Origin: Bigelowiella natans CCMP2755
Taxonomy: Eukaryota > Protista > Cercozoa
Direction of reading: 5' to 3'
DNA length: 64,000 nt
NCBI GenBank assembly: GCA_000320545.1
Contig: ADNK01002325.1
Coordinates: 70,347-134,346, forward strand
The stretch's first letter is position 1. Every line of letters begins with the position of its first letter. The notes under the pieces were generated by a model. It was not told the origin of the DNA, did not search any database, and was given only the letters and a program-made list of their open reading frames with translations. Position numbers and translations under genes: made by a program. Below, in pieces: positions 40,132 to 52,154 of this stretch.

Positions 40132-41836
40132 ACTACCTATATATTCGGGCTTCTGTTTCTGGTAGTAGTAGTAGTAATAGTAGTAGTAGTAGCAGCAGCA
40201 GCAGCAGCAGTGACTATTTGTTTTTGCTGTGAAACAACAACACAACAACAACACTACTTCAGCTGCACCGTGAGCTGGCATCGAAGCTGAAGCTCAAGTC
40301 GTTCCGAGAAACGCACATCCTCAAAGTATGGACACAAGATCCAATGCGGATGAAGCCCACACCGAAGACATGCCCCTGGCTCGATGGCCACGTGTCCTAT
40401 TACGAAGAGACGCGAGAAAGCTTGCTAGGACAGGGCTGTGCAACTGCACAAGTCACACCTTCGGAGTGCGTGGATAAGGTGCCAGCTTTAGAAAGGACGT
40501 TATCATCATAGTTGCGGTTGTTGTTATCCTACCTAATTTTTCCTTCTTTGTTTAAGATGTGGAAACATGCTCAAGCGCATGGAGCTGAGCTTCTTATCGG
40601 CAATGTAAACGGAGTAATCAGAGACGAAGATGGTTGACAATATGAATATTACACCCACAACACACACACACACACACGCGTATTTATACATGTATTTTCC
40701 GTCCTAATTCTCACCTTCCATAGGAAAGGTAAGCAGAGTGAAAGTGTCTATTCGAAAGGGAAGGAGTGTAGATGGCAGTTATAGTGCGGACAACGGGGGA
40801 GGCAGTATTAGAAGAGAGGTTGCCGACACCGAGAAAAAGGGGATCCAGGATGAAAATGAAGATAGTGAGCAGCCAACACAAGTCGAGCTAAAAGCCGACG
40901 CATTCGTATTTGCCATGGGGCCTTGGACTGTGATGTGCGAACGATGGTTTCCGGATATTGATATTCCAATGGTAGGCATAAAGAATTCAAGCGTCGTTCT
41001 CAGATCATCCTCCTTCTCCTCCTCCTCCTCCTCCCCATCCTCCTCCTCCGCATCATCGTTATCATCGTTGGTATCATTACCGACATCACCAGCATACTCC
41101 CACAGAAGAAACAAACCAGATGCAAAGGAGGAGGGAAAGAGGGAGGGGGGTGGAGCTGCGGCAAATACAATGCCTCCGGTGGTGGTCGTCGTTGCCGAGA
41201 AAGAGAAAAATGGCTGTGTTCCCAGGGTATTATTAATGTTGCCGCATAATAAATAGTAGTTAATAGTAGTTATGGTAGTTGTTGCCGTGAGATGTGCAAT
41301 CAAGGAAAAACACGGTCAAAAGGGAGAATAAGATAATGATGATGGTGATGATAATGTTGATGCAATAGGTAATTCCGAGGCCAAATGGCGACATTTATAT
41401 ATGTGGATGCGGCGGCAACACAATCCTTCGCAGCCACGAGCTTGTAAACGGTAGGAATGGCCCAGAAAACATGCTTCCGCAGCAAGAACGCGTGCAAGCA
41501 GTAATGGAATCGTTCGCGAGCATGTCTTCGACAATGTCGAGAAGACAGCCAGATGTAGCACAGGCCTGCATGAGGCCCTGCACGAGCGATGGACTGCCAA
41601 TTATGGGCAGAATTCCGGGCTCGCAGAACGCGTTCATCTCCACGGGACACAATTGTTGGGGAATCCTTTGGGGACCGATCTCGGGCCTGGCCATGGCTGA
41701 GCTTATTCTTGAAGGCAGGTGCACGTTTCTCCGAAACATCAGTGCATTCTCGCCAGAACGTTTCAGTTGGACGAAGAAGAAGCTGCCAACAATGTATGAT
41801 TACGTCGGCGGTTCGTTGGCAGAATCAAATAAATGA
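37347..41836 (+). CDS. Tyrosine-kinase-like protein kinase fused to a C-terminal FAD-dependent DAO-family (Tda3-like) oxidoreductase
   Basis: Kinase motifs IGEGNFSIV, VIK, HRNLLRLLG, HRDLACRN, KIADFG, WAWMPPE, KGDIWSLAVVIWE, CLKREPEDRPS. The same exon (39272-40086) runs on into VVVVGGGIIG..ASGKAGGFL. C-terminal QACMRPCTSDGLPIMG..TGHNCWGILWGP. The 5' exons (37347-37800) are tentative and contain an in-frame TAG. Confidence 0.85.
37828..37900. repeat. (CT)n microsatellite, representative of very many (CT)n, (GT)n, (TA)n and trinucleotide tracts across the window
   Basis: Seen directly. Dinucleotide runs lie mostly in introns; trinucleotide runs occur in both exons and introns. Confidence 0.95.
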
Positions 41837-41879
41837 AACCGTTGCAAATAGTAACAGCTGTCAAATGTCTACATTTCTG

Positions 41880-42640
41880 GCCGGTACATGGCATGCCATG
41901 CTAGCTAGCTAGCATGTGAGTGCGCCTAGCTCACGTGTGAACTCCCAACCTCACAATTGATGTTGTCACAAAAGGCAGTGTGCATGCTAGCATGCACAGG
42001 CAGTTCTGACACATCTGCATGTCATCTGGAGATCTAGCTAGCTAGCCTGCATGTGACAATGATGATTCTGCTCGCATCGTCAATTGCTTGGGTTCACATC
42101 GCGAATCATTTGCCATCTAATCATGCTGAAATGCTAGAATGGTCTAGTTTTGCAGCAATTTAGTGATGTCTCTGTGTGATTGTTTAGTTGTGTGACATTA
42201 ACATCTCTAGATCTAGCTAGCTTGTTGTGCTCTAGTGCTGCAAAGCATGCTAGCGCATGCATGGTTCATCGTGCCTGCTAGCCTGTACAGTTCATCACAC
42301 AAGCACTTGTCTCAATGAAGGCAGCAGCACCTAGCTAGCTAGCTAGCTAGTAGCCTTTTAGCTGCTATTATACTCGCTAGCTCACTGCACGTACGTGGCA
42401 CAGCTATGCAGACCTCTAGACCCTAGAGACATGCAGTGTGTTGAAATTGTCGTAGGCATCAAGCTAGCAAGGCTTAGAGGGGACACATATCGGCCTTGGT
42501 GGCTAGAAGGTTTAATTTACTTAACAGCGAGATGTTGATTACATTCCTAGCTGTATAGGCCACACGAATTTGCTGGGCACATATGTTACATGGCCCAACG
42601 ATGCGATGTACAGAGTCTAAATGCTACGACATGCACGCAC
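41880..42640. repeat. Palindrome-rich intergenic zone 5, between convergent genes
   Basis: 20-bp perfect palindrome TGTGCATGCTAGCATGCACA at 41979-41998; (CTAG)5 at 42331-42350; CATGCTAGCGCATGC at 42246-42260. Confidence 0.85.
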
Positions 42641-42743
42641 ACCACAAATTATCACATTTATATCAGTGGATGATGAACTTACATGCTACGATGTGGCTCT
42701 TACTTGCATTTTGTACAATTAAGAGCAAGCTGGGTTGCTGTTC

Positions 42744-43658
42744 CTACTTACGATGATGTTTCTTTTTCCCCTTACGTTCTACGCCTTGCTGAACGTAGAT
42801 GGACGAGTATTCTTTGTAGGGAATTGCTCTCGGACATCCTAGCCTATATGAAACGCCGTCCCATACATACTTTCGATCATACCAGAATGGTATTGCTTCA
42901 AGCTCGCGCACTCCTGTTTCCTTACGGACAGGTGGGTTTGTCGCCACAACGGCGTGAACAACAGCATATGCTTTCTGCCTTTCCATACCGTTTGCGCATA
43001 ATGCCAGAATATCGCAGCCCCATCCAAGTAGAATAGGATCGTACATGTTCATGAATTTAGTCAATGCTTTCCTTGAAAACAGGTAGGAGTTCAACTCCAC
43101 AAAGTTGGTGTAGGTGAGGAGCAGGTTTGAATCTTCTTTGTGAATGGTCTCATTGAAGCTGATCGCGCTGGTTTTGTTATCGAAGGACGGCATTGTAATA
43201 TCCAAAGAATGTTCATGGGATATATCAAACATCAAATTGATATCCTTCACGCCATTGCGGAAGGTGATATCATCATCAAGAAGGAAAAAGTAATCGTACT
43301 CATCTATGATGGAATTCCTCTTGCTGAAGACGAAGTTGAAAAAATTTTGCATCTTGGAGCCGTGTCCTCTAATGCAATATTTGCTGTTTGCCTTGTAATC
43401 CTGAAATTGCTGCTCATCTTTACCGTAATAGACGGTAAAGACGTCATAGTTCTGACCAGGCCCAGTCCAGTTTTCAACCCATCCACTATTGTCTCCCGCC
43501 GATGTGAATACCAACTTTTTCCCAGTCATCACTTCCAAATCATCATAATTTTCTTTCTTAGCAACAGGATCAGCATCAAGTTTCCTTGATCGCTCGTTCC
43601 AGACCGCCCGTACGGGGGGAAAGGAAACCAAGCACCACGCAAAGATGGTAGCCAACAT
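42744..43658 (-). CDS. DUF707-like / GT-A-fold putative glycosyltransferase, apparently intronless, N-terminal signal or anchor
   Basis: 304-aa ORF; YDYFFLLDDDI (DxD), TNFVELNSYLFSR and GWGCD motifs resemble DUF707. Confidence 0.7.
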   Translation of the reverse strand: MLATIFAWCLVSFPPVRAVWNERSRKLDADPVAKKENYDDLEVMTGKKLVFTSAGDNSGWVENWTGPGQNYDVFTVYYGKDEQQFQDYKANSKYCIRGHGSKMQNFFNFVFSKRNSIIDEYDYFFLLDDDITFRNGVKDINLMFDISHEHSLDITMPSFDNKTSAISFNETIHKEDSNLLLTYTNFVELNSYLFSRKALTKFMNMYDPILLGWGCDILALCANGMERQKAYAVVHAVVATNPPVRKETGVRELEAIPFWYDRKYVWDGVSYRLGCPRAIPYKEYSSIYVQQGVERKGKKKHHRK

Positions 43659-44052
43659 CCAGTTTTGGTAGGGAGAGCGAATGAGAAGGAACGAAGAAGA
43701 AAGAAGTGTTAGTTAAGACCACTTTTGGGAGATTCTTATGCCAAATTGAATCCAACTTCTATTAACGACATGATATCATACATGCCGCAATAAATAATGT
43801 CAGGTCTTATTTTTCCTCTCCAAGATCGAAATCATCCTGTTCAAAGAGGCAATAGCTTCTGACATACACAGGAGGTTTCCCCTGAAAACCGTCCTGATTT
43901 CCTCCATCATACTTAAAATGTTCTGCATTTGGGAAGCAGGAATAATCGAAAATCCCAATAGGAAATACCAAAGAATAGGAGTCATTTGAGCTTCGTTGTC
44001 GCAGATCCAAAACCGTGTTACATTTTATCTTATACGACTCCCAAAATATGAT

Positions 44053-44124
44053 CGAAATTTTATTTCACTTTCCGAAATTTTATTTCACTTTCCGAAATTT
44101 TATTTCACTTTCCGAAATTTTATT
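44053..44124. repeat. 20-bp tandem repeat (TCCGAAATTTTATTTCACTT), ~3.6 copies, in a divergent promoter
   Basis: Exact period-20 repeat seen directly. Confidence 0.95.
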
Positions 44125-44197
44125 GTGCTACGAGTCGCATCGCAATGTACATTAAGGAGTTACCTACTCTGCCTTAGAGGAGGAGGGAAGGCTCAGC

Positions 44198-45286
44198 ATG
44201 TGCGGTAGAATATGGCGTGTCCTTCGCGTCGAATTAAGTCTATTTGTTCTCTATCTCGTTCTAATGGTTACGAATGTGGGAGCGGACAAGTATGCAGCCT
44301 TGTCCATCTACCTGTGTGTCGTGATCGGTGCGAGCTTGGCAAATAGCCTCTTACTTCATCTCAGCTCGGTATTATTCGATGATGGGAGTGACATACCAAC
44401 CTCTTCAACCCTACTTCATTCCTTATCTTCTCTTTTTTAGAAGGTGCGAAACATCCGGAACCAGTTGCCCATGCCAATCCGGTCTCTCGGCGTTTCAGTC
44501 CTTGTCCTGCTGGTGATGATTCTCATTATTCTGGCAACATTTGGGTCCGACAAAGCGTACGGGGAGTACGTAAAACTTAATGGCATCTTGGAACAGGTTG
44601 TTCAGATTATGACCTGTCGACACCAACTACCAAACTAAAGACAGTTTACAAAGACCTCATGAATACCATCACTCATCCATGCATACATCTAGTATGCAAC
44701 AGAACTGTGCCAAATGAAATATAGATGTGAGAGTGAAGAGGCAAAGAAGTTATATCTTTAAACCGACATATTATCGGCATGCTATCATAGGGACGGGTGA
44801 TTATTGGCGGTGATGAGAGCTTCGCACGAGAATATTTCATGGAACAGAAAGATCAACATTTAAAGCACGCCCGTAATTTCACTCTGCGGAGGTCGTGGGG
44901 ACTGATTGGATATCCAAATGCTGCCAGCGTCTCATGGGAAGACCTCATTTCTTTCAGGTTTCATATAGATGATTTTAGGACCGATACTAGCGATCAAAGT
45001 TATATTAACCTGACTGTGTTTATTAATGTGCATGATCATTGTCATGTATGTCTCTGCCAATAACGCTGTCTTCGGGTATCAATCACCTCTACAACAAATA
45101 AACGACGGTAGGATACAGCGTATGGCCGATTTGCTGGAACAGGAGGATGTACATGACTTCTTGATTGAGAAGGATAAGTAAGAAGATGGAAATAGATCGT
45201 TCTGATAATGATGACGATGCTGGTGCAATGATACCACCATCACGTAAACATCTCACAAGCATTGTTATCGCTTGACTTTGCGCTTT

Positions 45287-45346
<60 letters not shown>

Positions 45347-47422
45347 TTCTTTGCCTCTCTGTATGGCAGGTGTTTCATGTACAACTTCTTCAAGTCTCAG
45401 GCGATTCCATTTGTGCCTATTTACGGCGACTTTTCTGACGAGGTGGCTGCTACGGGAGCGCTGACGTCCATCCTTAGATCATCAGGTCCATCATTGCGTA
45501 TATTTAGTAGAGATAATGTGCCATAACGCCAAAATTGCGTTTTCCCATCTAGGAAATACCAAAGAATCCATGATTTTCATCAAAGCGTGCCACTTAACAC
45601 AAGGATCTGATAATGGTAACAGTCATCCGTCCTTCGTCGTCCCCGAATGAAAGCTTTCTTGACTGCTGTGCTTGTGTCTTAACCCATCAGGGACCTTGAT
45701 CGTAAAGATGGAAGCCGATTTGCTTGGTAGGAAAAATTCACGTGGTTTCCAAGAGAAATTGAGTGCTGCAAAGGCTTGGATAAAGCAAAAACTTCGGCAA
45801 AAGCCCTCAGATCCATGGAGACCATGGAGCAAGTCAATGAAGAAGTAAGTAGGAAGCATATCATATTTAAACAACTTTGCCATCACCTCTTGTGTTGCTG
45901 CTACTACAACTACTATTATATTACTACTACTCCTACCTCTTGAATACTGTTTCCCCCCCCCCCCCCCCCCCTCCCTCTTCTCTCCCTCCCCTTCTTTATT
46001 AGGTTGCTGGAGACGGTGAAGGCGGGCATTATGATACAAAAAGGATTTGGTGGACCAAGCGAAACCGCTATGGCCGCTATGGGACTGCTTCCGAAACCGG
46101 TACCATTTTTGCTAATATCCCATTCATTGTACCTCCTCGTCCTCCTCCTCCTTAAGCTATCGTCATCCGTCTTTGTGAAGAAGAAGAAGAAGAAGAAGAA
46201 GATTAGGGTCATGCTGATGAGGACTATAACTTTTTTTGGTCTCTATTTGCACATCCAATCATGAAAAAAAGGAATAAGTGGAGAAGCTGGATTGAGCTAG
46301 ATTCTCCTACTCTTTCCGCTACTTTTCTTCCTTTCTTTTGCTGCAATGATATCGTCTGCTTGTCTATATGACTGTATGAATCTACGTTGCACGTGTTTAG
46401 ATCGAAGCCAAAGTCGAGGTGTTATGGGGGCGAGCATATCTAGCCTTTTTGCATGACTACAAGGTAGTCATCTTGCAATATTATTCTCTGCCACAAATGC
46501 TTTCTTTACGAGGATGATAGCAGCATGATATGTGGGACTCGAAGAGCAAACTTATATATAGAATTTCTTCTTCGTTTCTGACCGTAGAAGTAGTACCACG
46601 CAGCAGAAGGAGCAGGGTTTCCACACACTACTAAAAAACTTCCATCCTCATCATCATTATCATCAACTCATCAGCATTTTTCTTCTCCTCCTCCTCCTCC
46701 TCCTTCTCCATCAGGTCTTCGCATTCCGAGACTGTAGATTCGAAAAGTATGAATCTGACTTTTATGGCAACATCTGGCACAGCAGTGTGCCAGATGCGAA
46801 GGAATTCAAGTGGCTCTGCAAAGATGAGGAGGTGCGTCGTAAATGCATGCATGAGTGCAATCTGTGCCGAAGGAGAGGGTCAGACTTCTGATGGAAAGAA
46901 CATAATCCGTTTTCATTAATGTGAATATTGTTGGTGCTATCTGATACAACCTAGGACTACCTAACGCCCGTCTTTGAACTCGCGGAGTTGGTTGCTCGCA
47001 AGATTGGCATCGAGCAGCTTAGAGTCGATATATTTATAGAGCCAGGACGCCCCACTCAACCGGTTGTAAATGAGATATCTCTAGCGAGCGGAGTCTTATA
47101 CCGTTATCACGCTCCATTTATGGCTCAAATATGGGTCGGTGGCCATGAGAAGCGAGGCAGCAAATCGTTCCCTTCCGCGAAGAACTCGAATCTACAATTT
47201 CTCATTCCCCTCTGTGCAGTTTTTTGCTCTCTTATTGGAGTTGCTAGAGCTGTCGCAGCTTCTATTCTTATGACCCCACTGGCGTATCTACGTCAGCGAT
47301 TTGCTTCTCTCTCGTCGTCGGTGCTGTGTCGGTCAGTGCTTTCGTCTTCAAATTGGGTTATGGCTCTAGCATCGCATATCCAGGAGCGATTTTTTAGAAA
47401 ATCGCAGCGAAAGGCGAGATAG
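44198..47422 (+). CDS. Membrane-anchored TupA-like ATP-grasp protein, multi-exon
   Basis: Hydrophobic N- and C-terminal segments; DK|CFMYNFF..IPFVPIY, IFIKACHLTQG, GIMIQKGF, and LRVDIF...VVNEIS (ATP-grasp metal-binding region). Confidence 0.6.
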
Positions 47423-47611
47423 ATAAACTATACGTTCTTGTAAATATAAATTTTCAGCATCACAGCAGAAACGAACGAGCACATTTTTAGCGATTGCCGC
47501 TGCTTTTTACATTAGAATGACCATTGAATATAATTAATATGTTCATTAAATTCGTCTCTTTTGTGAGATATGTATAATATTACACATGTATGCAAATATA
47601 TAAAATATGTA

Positions 47612-47649
<38 letters not shown>

Positions 47650-47769
47650 TTTTATATGTGTGTATACGTTGTGGGCATAGTTTGTATTTGGCTTCTTGGA
47701 TTGATTCTGTGTGACTACATCAATTGTGTTGTGTTCATACATTAGCATTGAATTTGTCTTTCATTCATC

Positions 47770-48560
47770 TGGCACATGACATTTGCATAGCTGTGCAGCT
47801 GCATCGCCTTGTTGCATGTATCTGTCACATGCACATGCTAGCATGTACTAGTGTAGCTGAAGCAATAACAATTACATACGTGTCCATCCATCTATCCAGG
47901 GAACCATGCACATGCTCGCATGGCGTGTACATGCAATGCACGCTGTACGTGTAATGTCCATCATTGTGCACCGCTAGCAAAGGCACCGTCTAGCCGTGTG
48001 CATGGGCAATGGCTCATGCTAGCATGTCATCAATATCTTGTACGTACGTACGCACAGCCACAGCTAGACAGAGTGTTACAATTGCATGCACGTTCGTGAG
48101 CCCGCCAGCTGACGCACGCGCACATTGCTAGATTGGATTGAAACTCGCATGTCTGCTAGACATGTGCTCTACTTGCAACTGAACGATCGATCACAGCGCA
48201 GACACAAGTAAACGATCGAGAGAATATGCACACATCTAGACATGCGAGCGCTCGCTCATTACGTACGTTAGCAGGAGACAAATGCAATGAAGCACATTAC
48301 GGTTGTGGTACGTTCCATGCACACGTAATAATAGCATCTTCTATGCGCACACTCTCATCTTGAGTGTAGTAGTTCCCGTCAGCTTTGTGTTTTCTAGTTT
48401 TCGATCCTAGTTTCGATTTCATGTCGCCGTTCTAGCATTGCACCCCATATATTCTTGTCGATCATTGAATGTTAAACACATATCTATCTCTAGATATAAC
48501 CAGTACGTAGCCAACACGCACTGTACGTGTATTGCTGATCGAGTATACATAGCAGCAAGA
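47770..48560. repeat. Palindrome-rich intergenic zone 6, between convergent genes
   Basis: CATGCTAGCATG at 47834 and 48015; GCACACATCTAGACATGC at 48228-48245; GTACGTACGTAC. Confidence 0.8.
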
Positions 48561-48844
48561 TTCATTTCAATATCGACATCATGATCGAAGGTACACCTTC
48601 CTCTATATCATCTGCAGGCAGCACACTAAAGAGCAAATAAAACTTATTTACAAACTAAGTAGCCACGCCGTAAGTATTTGTTTGATTTTTTGTAATGATG
48701 CACAAAGTTGTATTTTAACGCAATTGTAATATACGATGGCCAAAACACTCTAGGTACAATTTTGCTTTCTTTTTGGCAAGATGAAACCAAAAGAACGACA
48801 GTCTACTCTCTATACTCATGAGCTCTAAGAAACTCATCACTCTT

Positions 48845-49781
48845 TCAAATAACACGCTGGTAAGACTCCCCTTCTACCATTTTCCCTTGCATGGAACGGA
48901 GGACATTACTCTTAAATTGTGATTTATTATCCCTCATAAGTTTTGCAGCCTCTTTATTGAGCGGATCGTTGGGGTTAGGTTCCTGCAATAATGATGATTC
49001 TAACTAAGAGATTACTTACAGACCGACTCGAATATACAGCGTGGGGGAAGAGGAAATGAAAAGAAAAAATGAAAACTGCTACCACGAAAAGATAAATGAG
49101 GCCATGGATGATGCTTTGGGTGTCCAACACGGGTTTCCAATCTTGCCTCAAGATATTTAAGCATACGTTTCCCTCAAGGTCCAAATTAGGATGGTATATC
49201 TTATCCAAGCAGAGGATCTTTGGGGGCTTGTAGGGATCTAGTGCATAAGAAAGATAACGATCATGCATACGTAGTAATATGGGCAGGTAATACCCATCAT
49301 CCTGTGTCTTCTCACCGTTGCATATTCGGTTTCAGATGTGTGTTTTTCTATGAATAACAGCAGCAAGTGTGCAACTTACAGTCGTCAGGGACTTGACAGC
49401 GAAAATGGAAGGTGCCACCCTTCCAGTAACCGTCCTGGGGAGCGATGGTGAATCGGAAGTCCAGCAGTTTGTCCTCCTGCAAAGTGATAGATTACAAGTT
49501 TCATAACCAATTATTTTTATTCTATATCTACTACGTATATCCTCTTTTCATCACACAATAAGACCAAAGGATACTACCTTAATATCATCTTGATTAAGCT
49601 TCACGTAAGGCGGAAGCTCGAGCTCGCCGAAGTCACTCTGCATCCGAGCGAAAGCTGTGAGTTGTTTTTTCCCTGCCTTCGATTTTGACCCGGATTTACC
49701 ATCTGCACTTTTAGAATTGGAACTTCCAGCGGATTCTTTCTGCTTCTTCTTTTTAAGCGCTCTCAGCCGTGCCATCGCCAT
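48845..49781 (-). CDS. UBC12: NEDD8-conjugating E2 enzyme Ubc12, 4 exons
   Basis: Basic N-terminal extension [13 protein letters not shown]; [25 protein letters not shown]; [13 protein letters not shown]; TGA at 48845. Confidence 0.93.
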
Positions 49782-50689
49782 GGTGGAAATTTACTGGGGT
49801 TAGAATGGTTATGAGTCAACCTACGATTCAGTGCTGAACGTAGGAAGGAGATGATGAAGATTATAAGAGGATGCAATAGGAATAGTTCCCCCAATATCCT
49901 GTTTAGCCAACGCCTCCTTCCTCCCCCATTGACAAATAAATCTTCGCAAATCGCAAAGTTGTCCCCAGAATGTGGTCAATGGGGATAAACCAACTGCCAC
50001 ATAGCACACTTGTCAATAAGATTTTCATGCACCCATCTTATATGCCTTTTTTGCCATAAATGTAGCACAGAAGCTCAGCATGTACTCCATGCAATCTCAC
50101 TACCTCGCTCTTCTGGCTTTCCGGTTGAGATGAGGGTTAATGAAGGCAGACGGGACGTGGTGCCTAAATTATTGAGCCTTACTCCCTTTCACCCCTAAAA
50201 ATATGCAGTTAATTTATCACTTGCGACATTCGAAAATTACAAATAACATAAATGATACATTACATTATTGGTTTTGTCTGAGGAAATGCGGAAGATTGTT
50301 CTCTGAAAGGCTGCGCAGATGTCAGGTCAGCTGTTGTTGCAGGCTTGAGCGACAGTTTGAGATCCAATCTTTGGCCAATCCTTTGAGAAAAGGATAAAGA
50401 GTCAATGTTCTGCGCTTAGATTTCGAAAGAATCGAACGGAGATATACATTCACGAGAATATCACAAAGCACTTAAGATACTTCGAGTCTCCGATTCTTCG
50501 AAATGCAAATTTCCCCGTGATATTTGATTAGCGTCTTATAGATTAGGTTGTCGTTACATGAAAAAGGCATGGACAAGCTCCAAGTTTGTTCCACGAATGC
50601 TCTGGATGATCTAACGAAGGAATAATAATGAAGTATGAATTGAGGACTTGGACGATCGGTTGTGCAGATCGACGAGCATCGTTCATCAC

Positions 50690-51820
50690 ATCACACCCCC
50701 CTCCGACAACATCGTAGATATATTTTATTGACTTCGTATTCAAACGAAGCTTGTCCGATTCGCGTTGGCAGACAGGGCGCGCCTTGGAGGAGGAGGAGGA
50801 GGAGGAGGAGAAGGAGGAGGAGGGATCCGCGATAGAAGCAAATGTGGAGATTTAGGCTTCACAGATATGCTGGGGACGAGAAGGGTAGTGCCGAAATGAA
50901 CTTTCAATCGATGCCTTACTCGAAAATGCATTCGTTCAAATTGAAAGGTTTATTTGATTTAAGATTGAATGGAACTAATGTTTACAGGTGTTGTTGCGAA
51001 TGACGAGGCCCCGAAATATGCTGTGGAAACTCTCCAAACCTTTGAACTGATCTCCGTTTTGAAACGTGACAATCGACTGGTGACTGTGCCCATGTTGAAA
51101 CCTGAATATAGAGGCGATGAGGACTACTTCCGCTTCGTGAGCAAGGAGGAGTATCGACCCTGTGTCATTCAACCGGGAAAATATTTCTACATTCAAAATT
51201 GCGCATCAAATCAATTTTTGACAGTTTCTGACGACGGAGGGGAGATTCGCTGCGAAAGCCGAGAGGGAAAAGTTGATGGAACTTTATTTCTCGTCGGCGT
51301 GCAAAAGAAGCAGCAGCAGCAGCAGCAGCGTGACAATCATTGGTGGTTTCGGGGTTGCAAGACATCAACATCTATAACGTCATATGGCCTACGATGTATC
51401 ATCGTGGGACCAGATGGATATTTGGTGCACGGATTCCCGAAGATAGTTCGGGGCTATTTGAGGAAGAAGAATGTGCTCTACGGATACAGCGTTAGTACCC
51501 ATAGTAGCAGTAGTAGTAGTAGTAGTAGTAGTCAAGGGGAAAGTCGCAGCAGCAGGAGGAGGAGGAGGGGACGGGGAAGTGTTCTGTTTCTATGTACTAT
51601 ATCGAATGGTGTTTCTTTATTGTCATCATTCTGCAATTATTCGCGATCATCATCAAAATCACAAGTTGATCACTTACTTTTTCTTATTCATTGGTCACTA
51701 AGCACTAAGCAAGCTGTTTTCACAATAATGTGGGTTCTAGACCAAATACTTCGCTATCGTGAATGGCGAGTTACGCTTTTGGGAGGACGAGAAGCAGTAT
51801 GTAAACATCAAATGGGCGAT

Positions 51821-51852
<32 letters not shown>

Positions 51853-52090
51853 AATGATGATAATGATTATGATGACGAAATTACATTTATTATGATAGAA
51901 ATAATGAAAACGACTTCAATGCAAACGTGCATGGTGCTGATAGTAATGGTATTCTAATCATCAATCCTATTTCCCTTCTCCTCCAAGCTTCATTGATTGC
52001 GTGGATGTGGCGAGGGAGAGCGGAAGCCTTTCCTTGAAAGATGTTGACTGGGCTACATTTGGGAAAACGAAAAGGTGGAGAAGAGAGAGG

Positions 52091-52154
<64 letters not shown>

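Noticed and set aside
44053-44124. Possible CRISPR-like repeat
   Set aside because: Contiguous tandem copies with no spacers, eukaryotic context and no cas genes.
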